From a virus: 64,000 bases of DNA. The notes under the pieces are model-generated. The model was not told where the DNA came from, did no database searches, and was given only the letters and a program-made list of their open reading frames with translations. Within the stretch, counting starts at the first letter, position 1. Each line of letters starts with the position of its first letter. Where the stretch lies: positions 25,082 to 89,081 of IMG/VR virus record IMGVR_UViG_3300043446_003867; one strand, 5' to 3'. The position numbers were made by a program, and so were the translations under genes. Positions 14,409-24,282 of the stretch are shown here, one piece after another.

Positions 14409-16049
14409 ATGAGATACCAAGATAGTGAAGGAAACGAGCTGACGCCGGAGCAGATTCAGGACGGCGTCGATCTCTTCGCGTGGGTGGAGGAGCAGGCGGA
14501 GTTGGCGAGGAAGGACGTGAAAACGTTCTTCCAGTTCGTCATGCGTCACGAGACGAAGAGGACGCCGCTCGATTGTATGCCGCATCAGCGGGTGCTGTTC
14601 GACTTCGTTGAGCAGTATCCGCGGTGTGTGATCCGGATGCCGGTCGGCACGAGCAAGACGTTCAGCATGGCGGCGTTGACGTTGCATCTCCTCGGGCGGG
14701 ATCCGTCGTCGCGTGGCGCGATTGTGTCGGCGACGCAGGCGCAGGCGCAGAAGCCGTTGAGCATGGTGCGGGATACGATCGAGAACAGCGTCGAGTTGCG
14801 GCGGGTGTTTCCGAAGCTGCGGAAGTCGTCGCGCAAGACGGACTCGTGGGCGCAGAGCGAGATCACGGTGGATCGTCCGCCGGGTATCCGTGACCCGTCG
14901 CTGATCGCGGTGGGTATCGATGGCGCGATCGCAGGCGCGCGTCTCTCATGGATCGTCGTCGACGATATCCTCGACCGCGAGAATACGAGCACGGCGGCGG
15001 GCTTGCAGAAGGTCCACGATTGGTTCGACAGCTCGGTCCTTTCGCGTATCGATCCGGGGCACGGGCGAATCGTCGTCACGAACACGCCGTGGCATCCGGA
15101 AGATCTCACGTACAAGCTGGAATCGGCGGGGTGGCCGACGATCACGATCGACGTCCTCGGCAATATTCGACTCTCGAACTGCGACGACTTCGATACGGAT
15201 GACATCGTACCGAGTGCGCGACCGGGAGAGATCTATCGGTTGGCGTCGCATGGCGAACCGACGAACTCGCGGGGCGAGGTGATCGACGAGACGGAGCCGC
15301 TGTGGGCGGGGCGTTATCCGTGGAGCGAGATCGAGGAGTTGAAGCGGACGCACCTCCCGCATCGATTCAATCAGCTCTATCTCTGCATCTGCCGAAGCGA
15401 TGAAACGGCGCGGTGCAAGGTGGAGTGGGTCGAAACGTGTAAGGCGCAGGGGCGCGGGCTTACGTTGCTCTCCAGCTACCATGGCGACAATCCGACGATC
15501 ACGGGCGTCGACCTCGCGGTGGGGCGAGGGTCGCAGTACGACCAGACGGCGCTATTCACGTTCGAGCAGCATCGAAACGGGAAGCGGCAGATCATCGACA
15601 TCGAGTTCGGGCAGTGGGACGCGCCGACGATCGTGCAGAAGTTGATCCACAAGGCGCAGGTCTACAAGTCGATCGTCCGCGTGGAGAACAACGCGGCGCA
15701 GGACTACCTCGTGCAGTTTGCGCGGGCGGCGAACGCGTCGATCCCGATCAAGGCGCACGCGACGGGGCGCTCGAAGGCGCATCCGGAGTTCGGCGTCGAA
15801 GGCATCTTCATCGAGATTCAAAACGGCGCGTGGATCATCCCTTGCGATCCGGGTGGGCGATGCCATCCGGCGGTACAGCGCTGGATTGACGATTGTTTGT
15901 ATTATCAAGCGGGTTCGCACGTCGGCGACGTGTTGATGGCGTCATGGTTTGCGCGTGAGCAGGCGCGCGATCTCGGGTTCAGCGCGGGGCGCGGTTCGTC
16001 GGGCGCGCAGAGCGTTGGTGCTCTGGCGTCGCAGCTCATGTCGCGTTAG
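14409..16049 (+). CDS. terL: Terminase large subunit
   Basis: PHQ adenine-binding, MPVGTSKT Walker A-like, WIVVDD Walker B, NTPWH coupling motif, ITGVDLA nuclease motif, C-terminal HVGD. Confidence 0.92.
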   Translation: MRYQDSEGNELTPEQIQDGVDLFAWVEEQAELARKDVKTFFQFVMRHETKRTPLDCMPHQRVLFDFVEQYPRCVIRMPVGTSKTFSMAALTLHLLGRDPSSRGAIVSATQAQAQKPLSMVRDTIENSVELRRVFPKLRKSSRKTDSWAQSEITVDRPPGIRDPSLIAVGIDGAIAGARLSWIVVDDILDRENTSTAAGLQKVHDWFDSSVLSRIDPGHGRIVVTNTPWHPEDLTYKLESAGWPTITIDVLGNIRLSNCDDFDTDDIVPSARPGEIYRLASHGEPTNSRGEVIDETEPLWAGRYPWSEIEELKRTHLPHRFNQLYLCICRSDETARCKVEWVETCKAQGRGLTLLSSYHGDNPTITGVDLAVGRGSQYDQTALFTFEQHRNGKRQIIDIEFGQWDAPTIVQKLIHKAQVYKSIVRVENNAAQDYLVQFARAANASIPIKAHATGRSKAHPEFGVEGIFIEIQNGAWIIPCDPGGRCHPAVQRWIDDCLYYQAGSHVGDVLMASWFAREQARDLGFSAGRGSSGAQSVGALASQLMSR

Positions 16050-16072
16050 CGTCGCAGGCGGAGGTTCCGCAC

Positions 16073-16603
16073 ATGAAAGATTTCGTCGTCATCCACGATC
16101 CGGCAGGGAAACTGTCGGAAGGCAAGGTTCTCACGGGCAACGCCGTCGCCGTCGCGAAGTCGCGCGGCGTCGTTCTTCTCCCGGTTGAGCCTGATCTGAT
16201 TCCTCGATCCGCGTTCGCCGGATGGGCGAAGCGTTGCTACGGCGACGGCGAGCAGTTCGCGCAGTTGCAGTCCTCGCGTGGCTGCGCGCTCGCGCTTCAC
16301 GCGCACCCGGACTTCCCGACGCTTCACTGGGCGGCGCGAATCGTTCCGTTCGCCCCGCACGTTGAGGGTTCGCTTCGCATCGCGAGCGACACGGCGCAGC
16401 TTCACTCGCTCGCGTGCGGCATCGCGCCCATCACGTCGCCTGTCGTGCTTGATACGCTCGGCGAGGAAGACGCGCAGGGTGGGTGGACGGTGTACGGCGC
16501 GGCCAAGGCGACGATTCCGGGCGATGCGTACATCGCAGTGCAGCTTTACGGCATGATGACGGGCGCGCGCGTGGCGTGGTTCGCCATCAGTCAGAGCGCC
16601 TAA
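16073..16603 (+). CDS. Hypothetical protein
   Basis: GGAGG RBS, in structural operon. Confidence 0.65.
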   Translation: MKDFVVIHDPAGKLSEGKVLTGNAVAVAKSRGVVLLPVEPDLIPRSAFAGWAKRCYGDGEQFAQLQSSRGCALALHAHPDFPTLHWAARIVPFAPHVEGSLRIASDTAQLHSLACGIAPITSPVVLDTLGEEDAQGGWTVYGAAKATIPGDAYIAVQLYGMMTGARVAWFAISQSA

Positions 16604-16614
16604 CGAGGATCGTC

Positions 16615-17037
16615 ATGGCGGATCTCGTCGCACTCTGGACTGAGGCGCGCGAGGCGCGCGCGCGTTACATGGCGCTTGCGCGCGAGAAGGCGCGCGATGA
16701 TGCGAGCGTTTCGCAGGAGACGCTGACGGCGGCGGCGAACGACGCGGTGCTCGCGGAGTACCGCGCGCGTGACGCGCAGATTCGGAACACTTGGACGGAG
16801 TGGAAGGCGCCGACGCGCTACGAGCACGTTTGGGGCAAGTGGACGGCGCGCGTCATTGATCCCGAGACGGGGATGCCGGAGCCGCAGAAGGTCATGATGG
16901 GGTGCCGCAACTGCGGCCAACAGTGGCAGACGACGTGCGCGAGCGGGCACGTCCAAGCGCACATTCAGAAGTTCGCGGTGCAGCATCTACACGCGGACGT
17001 GTTCGGGTACGTGCCGAGGAAGGGGCTGGACGAATGA
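16615..17037 (+). CDS. Hypothetical protein with CxxC...H motif
   Basis: GAGG RBS, ATG 16615. Confidence 0.65.
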   Translation: MADLVALWTEAREARARYMALAREKARDDASVSQETLTAAANDAVLAEYRARDAQIRNTWTEWKAPTRYEHVWGKWTARVIDPETGMPEPQKVMMGCRNCGQQWQTTCASGHVQAHIQKFAVQHLHADVFGYVPRKGLDE

Positions 17038-17318
17038 ACGTGATGATTGGGGGCGGTCAGGCGAAGGCGAGCGAGGCGTGCCCGTATTGCGGCGCGTCGA
17101 CGCCGCTCATGCTTGGGCCGCAGGACTTCGGGCCGGAGCACGCGGTGCAGGTCGTTGAGGCGTTGCGGACGAGCACGCTCTACGGGTGTGATGCGTGCGG
17201 GAAGAATTGGGCGGTGGTTCGGAAGAAGGGCACGCCGCCGTTCTTCCAAGGCGCGAAGGGCAATCGGCACGAGCGACGAGCGGCGGTGGCGAGGGCTCGT
17301 CGCAAGCGTGCGGCGTGA
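17034..17318 (+). CDS. Small Zn-ribbon protein with basic tail
   Basis: ATGA overlap; CPYC...CDAC; NRHERRAA..RRKR. Confidence 0.65.
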   Translation: MNVMIGGGQAKASEACPYCGASTPLMLGPQDFGPEHAVQVVEALRTSTLYGCDACGKNWAVVRKKGTPPFFQGAKGNRHERRAAVARARRKRAA

Positions 17319-17342
17319 CGCGGAAGGGGGTAGGGTTGCGCC

Positions 17343-17576
17343 ATGACTCAGGCTCAGCTCTACGCCGCATGTGTGACGATCGCGCCGAACTTCACAGTGC
17401 AGATCATTTGGACGACGCTGCCGACCGTGTCGCGGTCGATCCAGTGGTTCGGGCGACCGAAGGGAACGCTCAACAATCTGACCGGCGGCATCGTTTTCCC
17501 GGACAATAGCGACTTTGAGCCGAAGCTGACCTTCGTGCTGACGCAGGCGCTCGCGGTGCTTCAACAGGCGGGCTAG
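17343..17576 (+). CDS. Small hypothetical protein
   Basis: TAGGGT -10 six nt upstream of ATG. Confidence 0.6.
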   Translation: MTQAQLYAACVTIAPNFTVQIIWTTLPTVSRSIQWFGRPKGTLNNLTGGIVFPDNSDFEPKLTFVLTQALAVLQQAG

Positions 17577-17587
17577 GATCGACGACC

Positions 17588-19579
17588 ATGAGCTACCTGA
17601 GTCTTCCGGCGGGCGCGGTCGCACGACCGCTTATTTCTGGCGTAGCGAACGCTGCGGGCCTGCGCGCGGTCGCTCCCTCGGCGACGTTCGGTCAAGGCAT
17701 CACGGCGACCGTGACGGGCCTCGGGACGTTCGCCTTCGATACGGCGTCGCTGGCGGTCGATAACGGCACGACGGTGATCAAGCCCGACGACATCCTCGTC
17801 GGCAACCCAGGGCGATGGATTGCTGCGGGCGGAGGCGGCGGAATCGGAGGCGGCGGCACAACGGATGTTATCCCGATGTGGAGCAGCCCGACGGCGCTGA
17901 CGGATAGCCCGATCTCGCGTATTGGCGGTGCGATCGACGCGAGTTCGTTGACCAACAGCGGCGTTGGATACACGAACGGCAATTACATTAACGTTCCTCT
18001 TACTGGCGGAAGCGGTACGGGTGCCACGGCTGACATCGTGGTCTTCGGCACGTCGGTCACCGCGGTGTTCCTGCGCAAGCGCGGCATCAACTACGTGGCT
18101 GGCGAAGTGCTTTCGGCTGCGACGATCGGTCCCGGCGCGAACTTCCAGTACACGATCATCAAGATCGCCGACACGGTGGGAACGTCGGCGGAGTTTACGT
18201 CGGCGCTGAGCGTTGGTGCGGGCACGTCGTCTCCACGCGGCTCGTTTGACACGGCGGGGTGCGCGTTTATCGGCGTGCCATCGGGAACGGTCGTTGAGTA
18301 TGCGAACGCGTTGCGGGCGCGTATTACGACTGGTCTTTCTATCGGCGCGCTGACGTCGTACTCAATCACGACGCCGTTAGAACTCCCGGTCGGAATGTCG
18401 ATGAACCAGGCGTTCGACGGGAGCGCGATCGCTGGAGGCTGGACCGCGATCGGTATGTATTCGGTTCCGCGAGCGACGGCATCGCAAGCGGGATCGAACT
18501 ACACCGTTTACGGCATGTACTCGGTCGCGGCGCGCTCGTACGCGGCGGATCTTTCGACGACGTCAACGTATGTGGGCATTTTGACAGCCGCGCAGATTGC
18601 CGGTTCTGCGTTCGTGTCAGCGTCGACGGGCACGCTAATTGGCATCGACGCGTCGGTGGCAAACCCGCGCACGGGTCACAACGTCGGATCAATGTACGGA
18701 GGGGTATTCCGCACATCGGTATCGAACGGCACGGCGAACACCGTCGTGGGCGTGCGCGTTTCGTCAAGTGGTAGCGGCACGATCCTGGATTATTACGGTC
18801 TCCGGATTGAGCAGAACGGCACGTTGATCACGAGCAACCTGCGCATCGGTATCGCGCAGGAAGACCCGTCGTGCGCGAACTACTACCAGGGAACGTCGGC
18901 GTTCGGCATGTACGAGCCGAACCCGCGCGCTAACGTGCACGTTGGTCCGTCGACGGCGACGCATGGTTCGATGTTCTTTGAGACGGGCGTCGCTCCGGCG
19001 GTTCCGGTCACCGGTCATGTCTGGCGCGACGGAAGCGAACTCTACGTCGAGGCGCTAAACATCACGCCGCTCACGGCCAACTTCAAGGTCGGCACGGCGG
19101 GCTACGGCGTTGACTTCAGCGTCACGCCGAACGCGGGAACGTCGGAGCTGTTTGACGACTACGAGGAAGGAACGTGGACGCCGGGCTTTACGGTTACGGG
19201 CGCGGGTGCGTCGATCGCGATCGTTAACGCGGACACCGAAGCGGTCTACACGAAGAAAGGGCGCGAAGTCACCGTGTGCTTCTCAATCGCTGTCGGCGCG
19301 ATCGTTAACACGCCGCAAGGCGTCGACATCACGGGCCTTCCGTATCCCGTCGATAGTGGTTGCGGCACGTACGGCTTAACGATTCCGGTCGACATCTATC
19401 TGGGAACGAACTTCGCCAACAAGTTCGCTGGGTTCGCGGGCACTCTCTACAACGGCGGATCGTCAATTCAGCTCGTTTGGTACGATCACAACGGCGTGAT
19501 CGACGTCACGCCTGGACCAAGCATTCAGGCGAACAACAGCGTGATCAGCGCATCAATCACCTACTTTGCAGCAACGTGA
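17588..19579 (+). CDS. Virion fibre/spike-like protein
   Basis: G/T/S/A-rich; contains the YTNG.Y..V.LTGGSGTGATADIVV module and DYEEGTWTP motif shared with fibres at 53-63 kb. Confidence 0.75.
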   Translation: MSYLSLPAGAVARPLISGVANAAGLRAVAPSATFGQGITATVTGLGTFAFDTASLAVDNGTTVIKPDDILVGNPGRWIAAGGGGGIGGGGTTDVIPMWSSPTALTDSPISRIGGAIDASSLTNSGVGYTNGNYINVPLTGGSGTGATADIVVFGTSVTAVFLRKRGINYVAGEVLSAATIGPGANFQYTIIKIADTVGTSAEFTSALSVGAGTSSPRGSFDTAGCAFIGVPSGTVVEYANALRARITTGLSIGALTSYSITTPLELPVGMSMNQAFDGSAIAGGWTAIGMYSVPRATASQAGSNYTVYGMYSVAARSYAADLSTTSTYVGILTAAQIAGSAFVSASTGTLIGIDASVANPRTGHNVGSMYGGVFRTSVSNGTANTVVGVRVSSSGSGTILDYYGLRIEQNGTLITSNLRIGIAQEDPSCANYYQGTSAFGMYEPNPRANVHVGPSTATHGSMFFETGVAPAVPVTGHVWRDGSELYVEALNITPLTANFKVGTAGYGVDFSVTPNAGTSELFDDYEEGTWTPGFTVTGAGASIAIVNADTEAVYTKKGREVTVCFSIAVGAIVNTPQGVDITGLPYPVDSGCGTYGLTIPVDIYLGTNFANKFAGFAGTLYNGGSSIQLVWYDHNGVIDVTPGPSIQANNSVISASITYFAAT

Positions 19580-19586
19580 GGGCACC

Positions 19587-19922
19587 ATGGAAGTCGTGAT
19601 GAAGTACGCGCTTGACCGCGTCGAAGTTGAGCAGACCTGGAAGACGATCAATGTGCGCAGCCGCGTGCAGAAGTGGGTGAAGAACGGCGCGGACGAGATG
19701 CTGGTGGAGCCGAACGCCGGTCTGCATCGCGTCGTGCTTAACCCTGGCGACTGGGCGGGCGCGGACAAGTGGGGCGTTCGTTCGTACGCCGACATCGCGT
19801 GGGGGGCGGACGTGATTTCGGCGTGGCAGGCGGAGCAGGAACGCATTCGCGCGCTTACGGCGGCGCGTGTGCAGGCGCCGGCGGCGGACACTCAGGCTGA
19901 CGTGAGCGTCGTTCCGTCGTGA
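19587..19922 (+). CDS. Putative fibre assembly chaperone / hypothetical
   Basis: Directly follows fibre gene; HRVVLNPGD...IAW..DVISAW pattern. Confidence 0.55.
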   Translation: MEVVMKYALDRVEVEQTWKTINVRSRVQKWVKNGADEMLVEPNAGLHRVVLNPGDWAGADKWGVRSYADIAWGADVISAWQAEQERIRALTAARVQAPAADTQADVSVVPS

Positions 19923-20170
19923 TTCGTTCGCTGAAAGTTCGCGCCGCGACGTGGCTCACGAAGCGATTGCTGAAGTTTTTGGCGTCGCAGACTGAGAAGG
20001 AAGTCGACGAGACGGAGGCGTTCCCGACGCCTCCGCAGTCGCCTTTGACGCAGGAATCTTGCGTGATGATGTACACGCCTCCCGCGCCGCGCGTTATGAA
20101 GACGGAAGCGGCGCCGCTCGCGGGTAGCGCGAGGGCGAGGGCGGAGCAGGCGCGAAAGAGGACCGTATGA
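19919..20170 (+). CDS. Small hypothetical protein
   Basis: 4-nt overlaps with both neighbours. Confidence 0.45.
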   Translation: MIRSLKVRAATWLTKRLLKFLASQTEKEVDETEAFPTPPQSPLTQESCVMMYTPPAPRVMKTEAAPLAGSARARAEQARKRTV

Positions 20171-22086
20171 GCAACGTGATGCAGATGGGCGCGAACTTGG
20201 TGATCGGTTCGTCGTTCGGGATCGACAACACGACCCTCGGGCCGGACTTCCGCGCGCGCACGCTGATCGATTCGGAACGTTACAAGGTGCTTGACCGCAA
20301 GGCGACGTACTATTCGTGCACACAGCACGACTTCAAGAAGCACGACTTCGATGGTCGCGCGATTCCGGAAGGGAACCCGCTCCTTGGACAGCCGAATCTC
20401 GCGAGTGTTCAAGCCGATTGGTACGTACCGCTTCGCTCCCGACGACCGAGCGCCCCGTACCGTCTCGCTCGTGTCATCGTCGACTCGTTCACCAATCTCG
20501 TGTTCGGCTATCAGCGGTGGCCGACGATCCGTGTTCCTGGTGATAGCGATGCCGAAGAGTTCGTTCGCGCGCTAGTCGATGAGAGCGGGCTGCGCACGCT
20601 GATGATCCGTGCGCGAACGATCGGAGGCTCGACGGGTAGCGTCGGGCTTTCGTGGCGGTTCTTCGCGGGCAAGCCGGTCGTGCAGGCGCACCAGCCGCGG
20701 TCGATCTACATTCACGAGTGGGAGGATCAGGATCGCCTGATCCCCGCGCACGTCATTGAGATCTATAAGTTCAGCCGCAACGAGTGGGATCCGCAGAAGC
20801 AAAAGTTCGTCGTGAACTGGTACTGGTTCCGGCGCGATTGGACGCTCAAGGCTGACATCACTTACAAGGAAGTGCGCTTCGATCAGGCGGTCGATCCCGA
20901 GTGGCAGATCGACGAGGAAGCCTCGCACGTTCACAACGATGGCTTCTGCCACTTCGTGTGGATTCAAAACCTCCCGACGGAGAACCCGGAGAGCATCGAC
21001 GGCAACGCGGACTACGAAGGGCTCTACGAGAACTTCGACTCGATCGACTTGCTGCACAGCACGCTGATTCGCGGCACGACGTTGAACCTCGATCCGACGC
21101 TCGTGCTCAAGCTCGATCCCGACATCATCGAGCGCACGGGCTTGCGCAAGGGCACCGACAACGCGCTTGTTGTCGGGCAAGCAGGCGATGCACACTACAT
21201 GGAGCTGCAAGGTTCTAGTGTTCAGGTCGGCACGCAGTTGTTCGCAAAGATGCGCGAAAGCACTCTCGAAGTCGCGCAGTGCGTCGTGCCCGACCCGAAC
21301 CAGATTGGCGCGGCGGGTACGTCCTCGGTGGCGTTGAAGGTCGTCTACGCGCCGATGCTTGGCAAGGCGGACATTCTCCGCGAGCAGTACGAACGCGGGT
21401 TGCTCGACCTGCTTACGCAGATGCTCAAGTCCGCGCGCAACGCCAACTCGAATCCGGTGATCCGCGAAGGTGAAAACGGCGAGATTGTCGAAGAACGTTA
21501 CGTTCTCGATCTTCCGCCGCGGCTTGAGCGCCAAGATGTTCTCGACGACGAAGGGAATCCGACGGGCGAAAAAGAAGACGCTTTCGTCGATCAGACTCCG
21601 GGTGAAAGCAACCGCATCACGTTTGACTGGGGCGATTATTTCCTACCAACGGCGCAGGATCAGCAACAAACGGCGACGACGCTTTCGCAACTCGTTGCCG
21701 GCGGTCTTCTCTCGCAAGAGAGCGGTGCTGATCTCGCCTCGCGTGTAGTCCGCATCGATCCGCGCGCCGAATGGGATCGTATTCAGCGCGAGCAGAAGGA
21801 AAAAGCGTCGCAGCAGTCGTCGATGTTTGGCGGCGATATGGGTGGTGCGCCACTTGGCGGCGATATGGGTGGTGCGCCGGAAGGCGCGGGCTTTGGTATC
21901 AAGGGCGGCATGGGTGGTCGCGTCGGTGCGGAGGACGAACTGCCACCGGGCGCGGAGCCGCGAAAGGCCGGAGCAAAGGCTCTGCGTGTGAATGAAGTTC
22001 GCGCGATGCTTGGGGAACCGTTGCTTGAAGGTGAAGAGGGCGATTTGACGCTGGAAGAGTATCGGCATCGGAAAGGGATCGCGTGA
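20167..22086 (+). CDS. Portal protein
   Basis: 639 aa downstream of TerL and before MuF; LARVIVD..TNLVFG, H..GFC.FVWI.N, S..ALK..Y.PM..KA motifs of SPP1 gp6-like portals. Confidence 0.85.
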   Translation: MSNVMQMGANLVIGSSFGIDNTTLGPDFRARTLIDSERYKVLDRKATYYSCTQHDFKKHDFDGRAIPEGNPLLGQPNLASVQADWYVPLRSRRPSAPYRLARVIVDSFTNLVFGYQRWPTIRVPGDSDAEEFVRALVDESGLRTLMIRARTIGGSTGSVGLSWRFFAGKPVVQAHQPRSIYIHEWEDQDRLIPAHVIEIYKFSRNEWDPQKQKFVVNWYWFRRDWTLKADITYKEVRFDQAVDPEWQIDEEASHVHNDGFCHFVWIQNLPTENPESIDGNADYEGLYENFDSIDLLHSTLIRGTTLNLDPTLVLKLDPDIIERTGLRKGTDNALVVGQAGDAHYMELQGSSVQVGTQLFAKMRESTLEVAQCVVPDPNQIGAAGTSSVALKVVYAPMLGKADILREQYERGLLDLLTQMLKSARNANSNPVIREGENGEIVEERYVLDLPPRLERQDVLDDEGNPTGEKEDAFVDQTPGESNRITFDWGDYFLPTAQDQQQTATTLSQLVAGGLLSQESGADLASRVVRIDPRAEWDRIQREQKEKASQQSSMFGGDMGGAPLGGDMGGAPEGAGFGIKGGMGGRVGAEDELPPGAEPRKAGAKALRVNEVRAMLGEPLLEGEEGDLTLEEYRHRKGIA

Positions 22087-23114
22087 AGCGACTCTCACAA
22101 GCGATGTTGATCGACCGACGGCAAGCGTTCGCGCTTGCCGATCGCGTTGGTAAACGCGAAGTGGAGCGCATGATGAAAGATGCGGCGGACGAGCTACGCG
22201 CGCGCATCTCGTCCAACATCGCGACAAGCAGCACGACGCCAACGTCGATTCGTGAAATGCGGGAGACGCTTGCGCAGCTTGAAGGCGTGACAAAGGCGCT
22301 ATCGCGGCGGGTGGGACGAACGACACTCGGGATGGCCGGTGAGGCGGCGGAAGTCGCGGCGAGTGCGGTGTTTGATTATATGGAGGACGCGAATCGCGCG
22401 TACATGGGGCGGCCGCTCGGATTGCGCGAAGCGAGCGTGCTCACCGAAGCAGTGTCCGGCACGAATGCGTCGGTACTTCGACGACTCGCGTCGACCGAGT
22501 CGCAGATCGAAGACGTGATGGCGGATCCCGACGCAGCGGAAGTTGCACCGCGTATGAATGCGGAGGGCGGCGTGCTCTCGCGGTATTCAATGGAGACGAT
22601 CGGTGTCTTTGAAGACACACTTCGCAACGGCATGATCACGGGAAAACCGTGGGGTGACGTGCGGCAGGAGTTGATCGACAAATCGCCATTCCTGCAAGGC
22701 GCGCCGCGTTTCTGGGCGGAACGCATCATCCGTACGGAGACGATGACTGCTTACAATCGCGCGGGATGGGAGACGATTCGCGAAGCTGACGATGAGCTTG
22801 GCGACATGACGAAGATCCTGAGTGCGACGTTCGACAACCGGACGGGATGGGATAGCTACCAAGTTCACGGGCAGATTCGGCGACCCGACGAGGCGTTCCA
22901 GTGGGCAGGTGGGTTCTATCAGCATCCGGCGAACCGCCCGAACGATCGCGAAGTCGTCGTACCGCATCGCATTTCGTGGCCGATCCCGGATGAATTGTCG
23001 TGGCGCAGCGACGCGGAAGTTGTCGCAGCATGGCAGCGGGATCGGAGGAAGGGCGCTCCTCCGCCGCGTCCGAAGATGACGACGATCGACTTGAAACGAT
23101 TCGGACGCGGCTGA
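22083..23114 (+). CDS. MuF/SPP1 gp7-like minor head protein
   Basis: AERIIRTETMTAYN...DNRT...HGQ...HPANRPNDR; follows portal. Confidence 0.85.
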   Translation: MKRLSQAMLIDRRQAFALADRVGKREVERMMKDAADELRARISSNIATSSTTPTSIREMRETLAQLEGVTKALSRRVGRTTLGMAGEAAEVAASAVFDYMEDANRAYMGRPLGLREASVLTEAVSGTNASVLRRLASTESQIEDVMADPDAAEVAPRMNAEGGVLSRYSMETIGVFEDTLRNGMITGKPWGDVRQELIDKSPFLQGAPRFWAERIIRTETMTAYNRAGWETIREADDELGDMTKILSATFDNRTGWDSYQVHGQIRRPDEAFQWAGGFYQHPANRPNDREVVVPHRISWPIPDELSWRSDAEVVAAWQRDRRKGAPPPRPKMTTIDLKRFGRG

Positions 23115-23163
23115 TTGCTTGCGCCACATCTCATTCGCGCGCTACGGTACGCGCGGAGGCAAC

Positions 23164-23469
23164 ATGGCGAAGCCGTTCAAGCTCAGTGGCAGCAGTGGTA
23201 CCGGACCGGCGCGTGACAGCGGTGGTCGTTTCTTGCGTGCCGCGCTTCCGGGCGAACTCGTGACGAAGTATCCCGCGGAGAAGGGCTTCACCGACAACGA
23301 GGCGCTGCGTGCGCTTCGTGTTCCCGATCGGATGGTTGGTGAAGGCAAGCCGAAGAACGTCGCTGGTCCTGGCGCAACGGCGCCCGCGCCTGTATACCCG
23401 GATGCGCTTCCGTGGCCGAAGGCGGAACCGTTCAACGACGCGAACAAAGTCCCCTTCAAGTTCCGATGA
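23164..23469 (+). CDS. Small Pro/Gly-rich head-region protein
   Basis: GGAGG RBS; upstream TTGCGC-N18-TACGGT. Confidence 0.65.
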   Translation: MAKPFKLSGSSGTGPARDSGGRFLRAALPGELVTKYPAEKGFTDNEALRALRVPDRMVGEGKPKNVAGPGATAPAPVYPDALPWPKAEPFNDANKVPFKFR

Positions 23470-23478
23470 GGTAATACG

Positions 23479-23841
23479 ATGGCTGAAGCGAAGACGCCGG
23501 GCGATGGCAAGACCTCGCCCTTTGGCAACGGTTCCGGAAAAGGCACGAACACAGGAGCATCGACGATGGCTAACTCGACGGCGGGCGCGAACCCCGGCAA
23601 GAACGGCAACAACTTCCTCACGAACCCCTCGGGCAACTCCCCGGCGGGTGCGAAGCCGACCGACTTCACGCGCGCCAAGGTTGCGACGCAGAAGTCGGGT
23701 CAGGCTGCGGACATCAACGCGCAGTCGGCCATCAAGGACAAGGGTCAGCTCGTTCCTCTCGCGGACGTCACCAGCGGTCCGCGCAAGGAAATGGTCGGCG
23801 CGGGTTCCATCGGCGACAGCCGCAAGCCGTTCAAGCTCTGA
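23479..23841 (+). CDS. Low-complexity G/N/T/K-rich head-region protein
   Basis: GAGG RBS; strongly biased codon usage. Confidence 0.7.
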   Translation: MAEAKTPGDGKTSPFGNGSGKGTNTGASTMANSTAGANPGKNGNNFLTNPSGNSPAGAKPTDFTRAKVATQKSGQAADINAQSAIKDKGQLVPLADVTSGPRKEMVGAGSIGDSRKPFKL

Positions 23842-23847
23842 TCCATC

Positions 23848-24270
23848 ATGGGCCAGCTTGCCATCAGCGGAACCGTAATCGGCGGACCAGTCACGGTCGG
23901 CGCCGCGTTCGGTTTTCCGCAAGCGATGTTCACGACGCAGCTCGCTACGACGCCGTCGCCGAAGCCGTTCTCGGCGGCGTCGGGCGTGCTGACGCGACGC
24001 CTCGCGACGGTGCCGCCAGCGTGGGCAACGCTTACGGGCGTTGGTCCCACCGACACGGTGCAGCGAGGCGATACGCTTTACCTGCGCAGCGATTCGCAGG
24101 TGCTTCTGCGCTTGTCGCAGGTTGATCCGCTCAATCCGAGCGGACCTGCGCTCACGCGCGAAGTCTACGTGCAGGGCCTTTTCATCTGCGAGTTCCCGCA
24201 ATCCTCGTTGCTGGTGTTGCTGGAGGCGCAGGGTTCTGCAACCATCGAGTACCTCATTACGGGTCAGTAG
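23848..24270 (+). CDS. Putative virion structural protein
   Basis: Head operon position. Confidence 0.65.
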   Translation: MGQLAISGTVIGGPVTVGAAFGFPQAMFTTQLATTPSPKPFSAASGVLTRRLATVPPAWATLTGVGPTDTVQRGDTLYLRSDSQVLLRLSQVDPLNPSGPALTREVYVQGLFICEFPQSSLLVLLEAQGSATIEYLITGQ

Positions 24271-24282
24271 GAGTTCACAGTC

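Noticed and set aside
14637-14660. Non-canonical TerL Walker A (MPVGTSKT) as a sign of inactivation
   Set aside because: Lys-Thr, Walker B and nuclease motifs are intact; such variation is common in terminases
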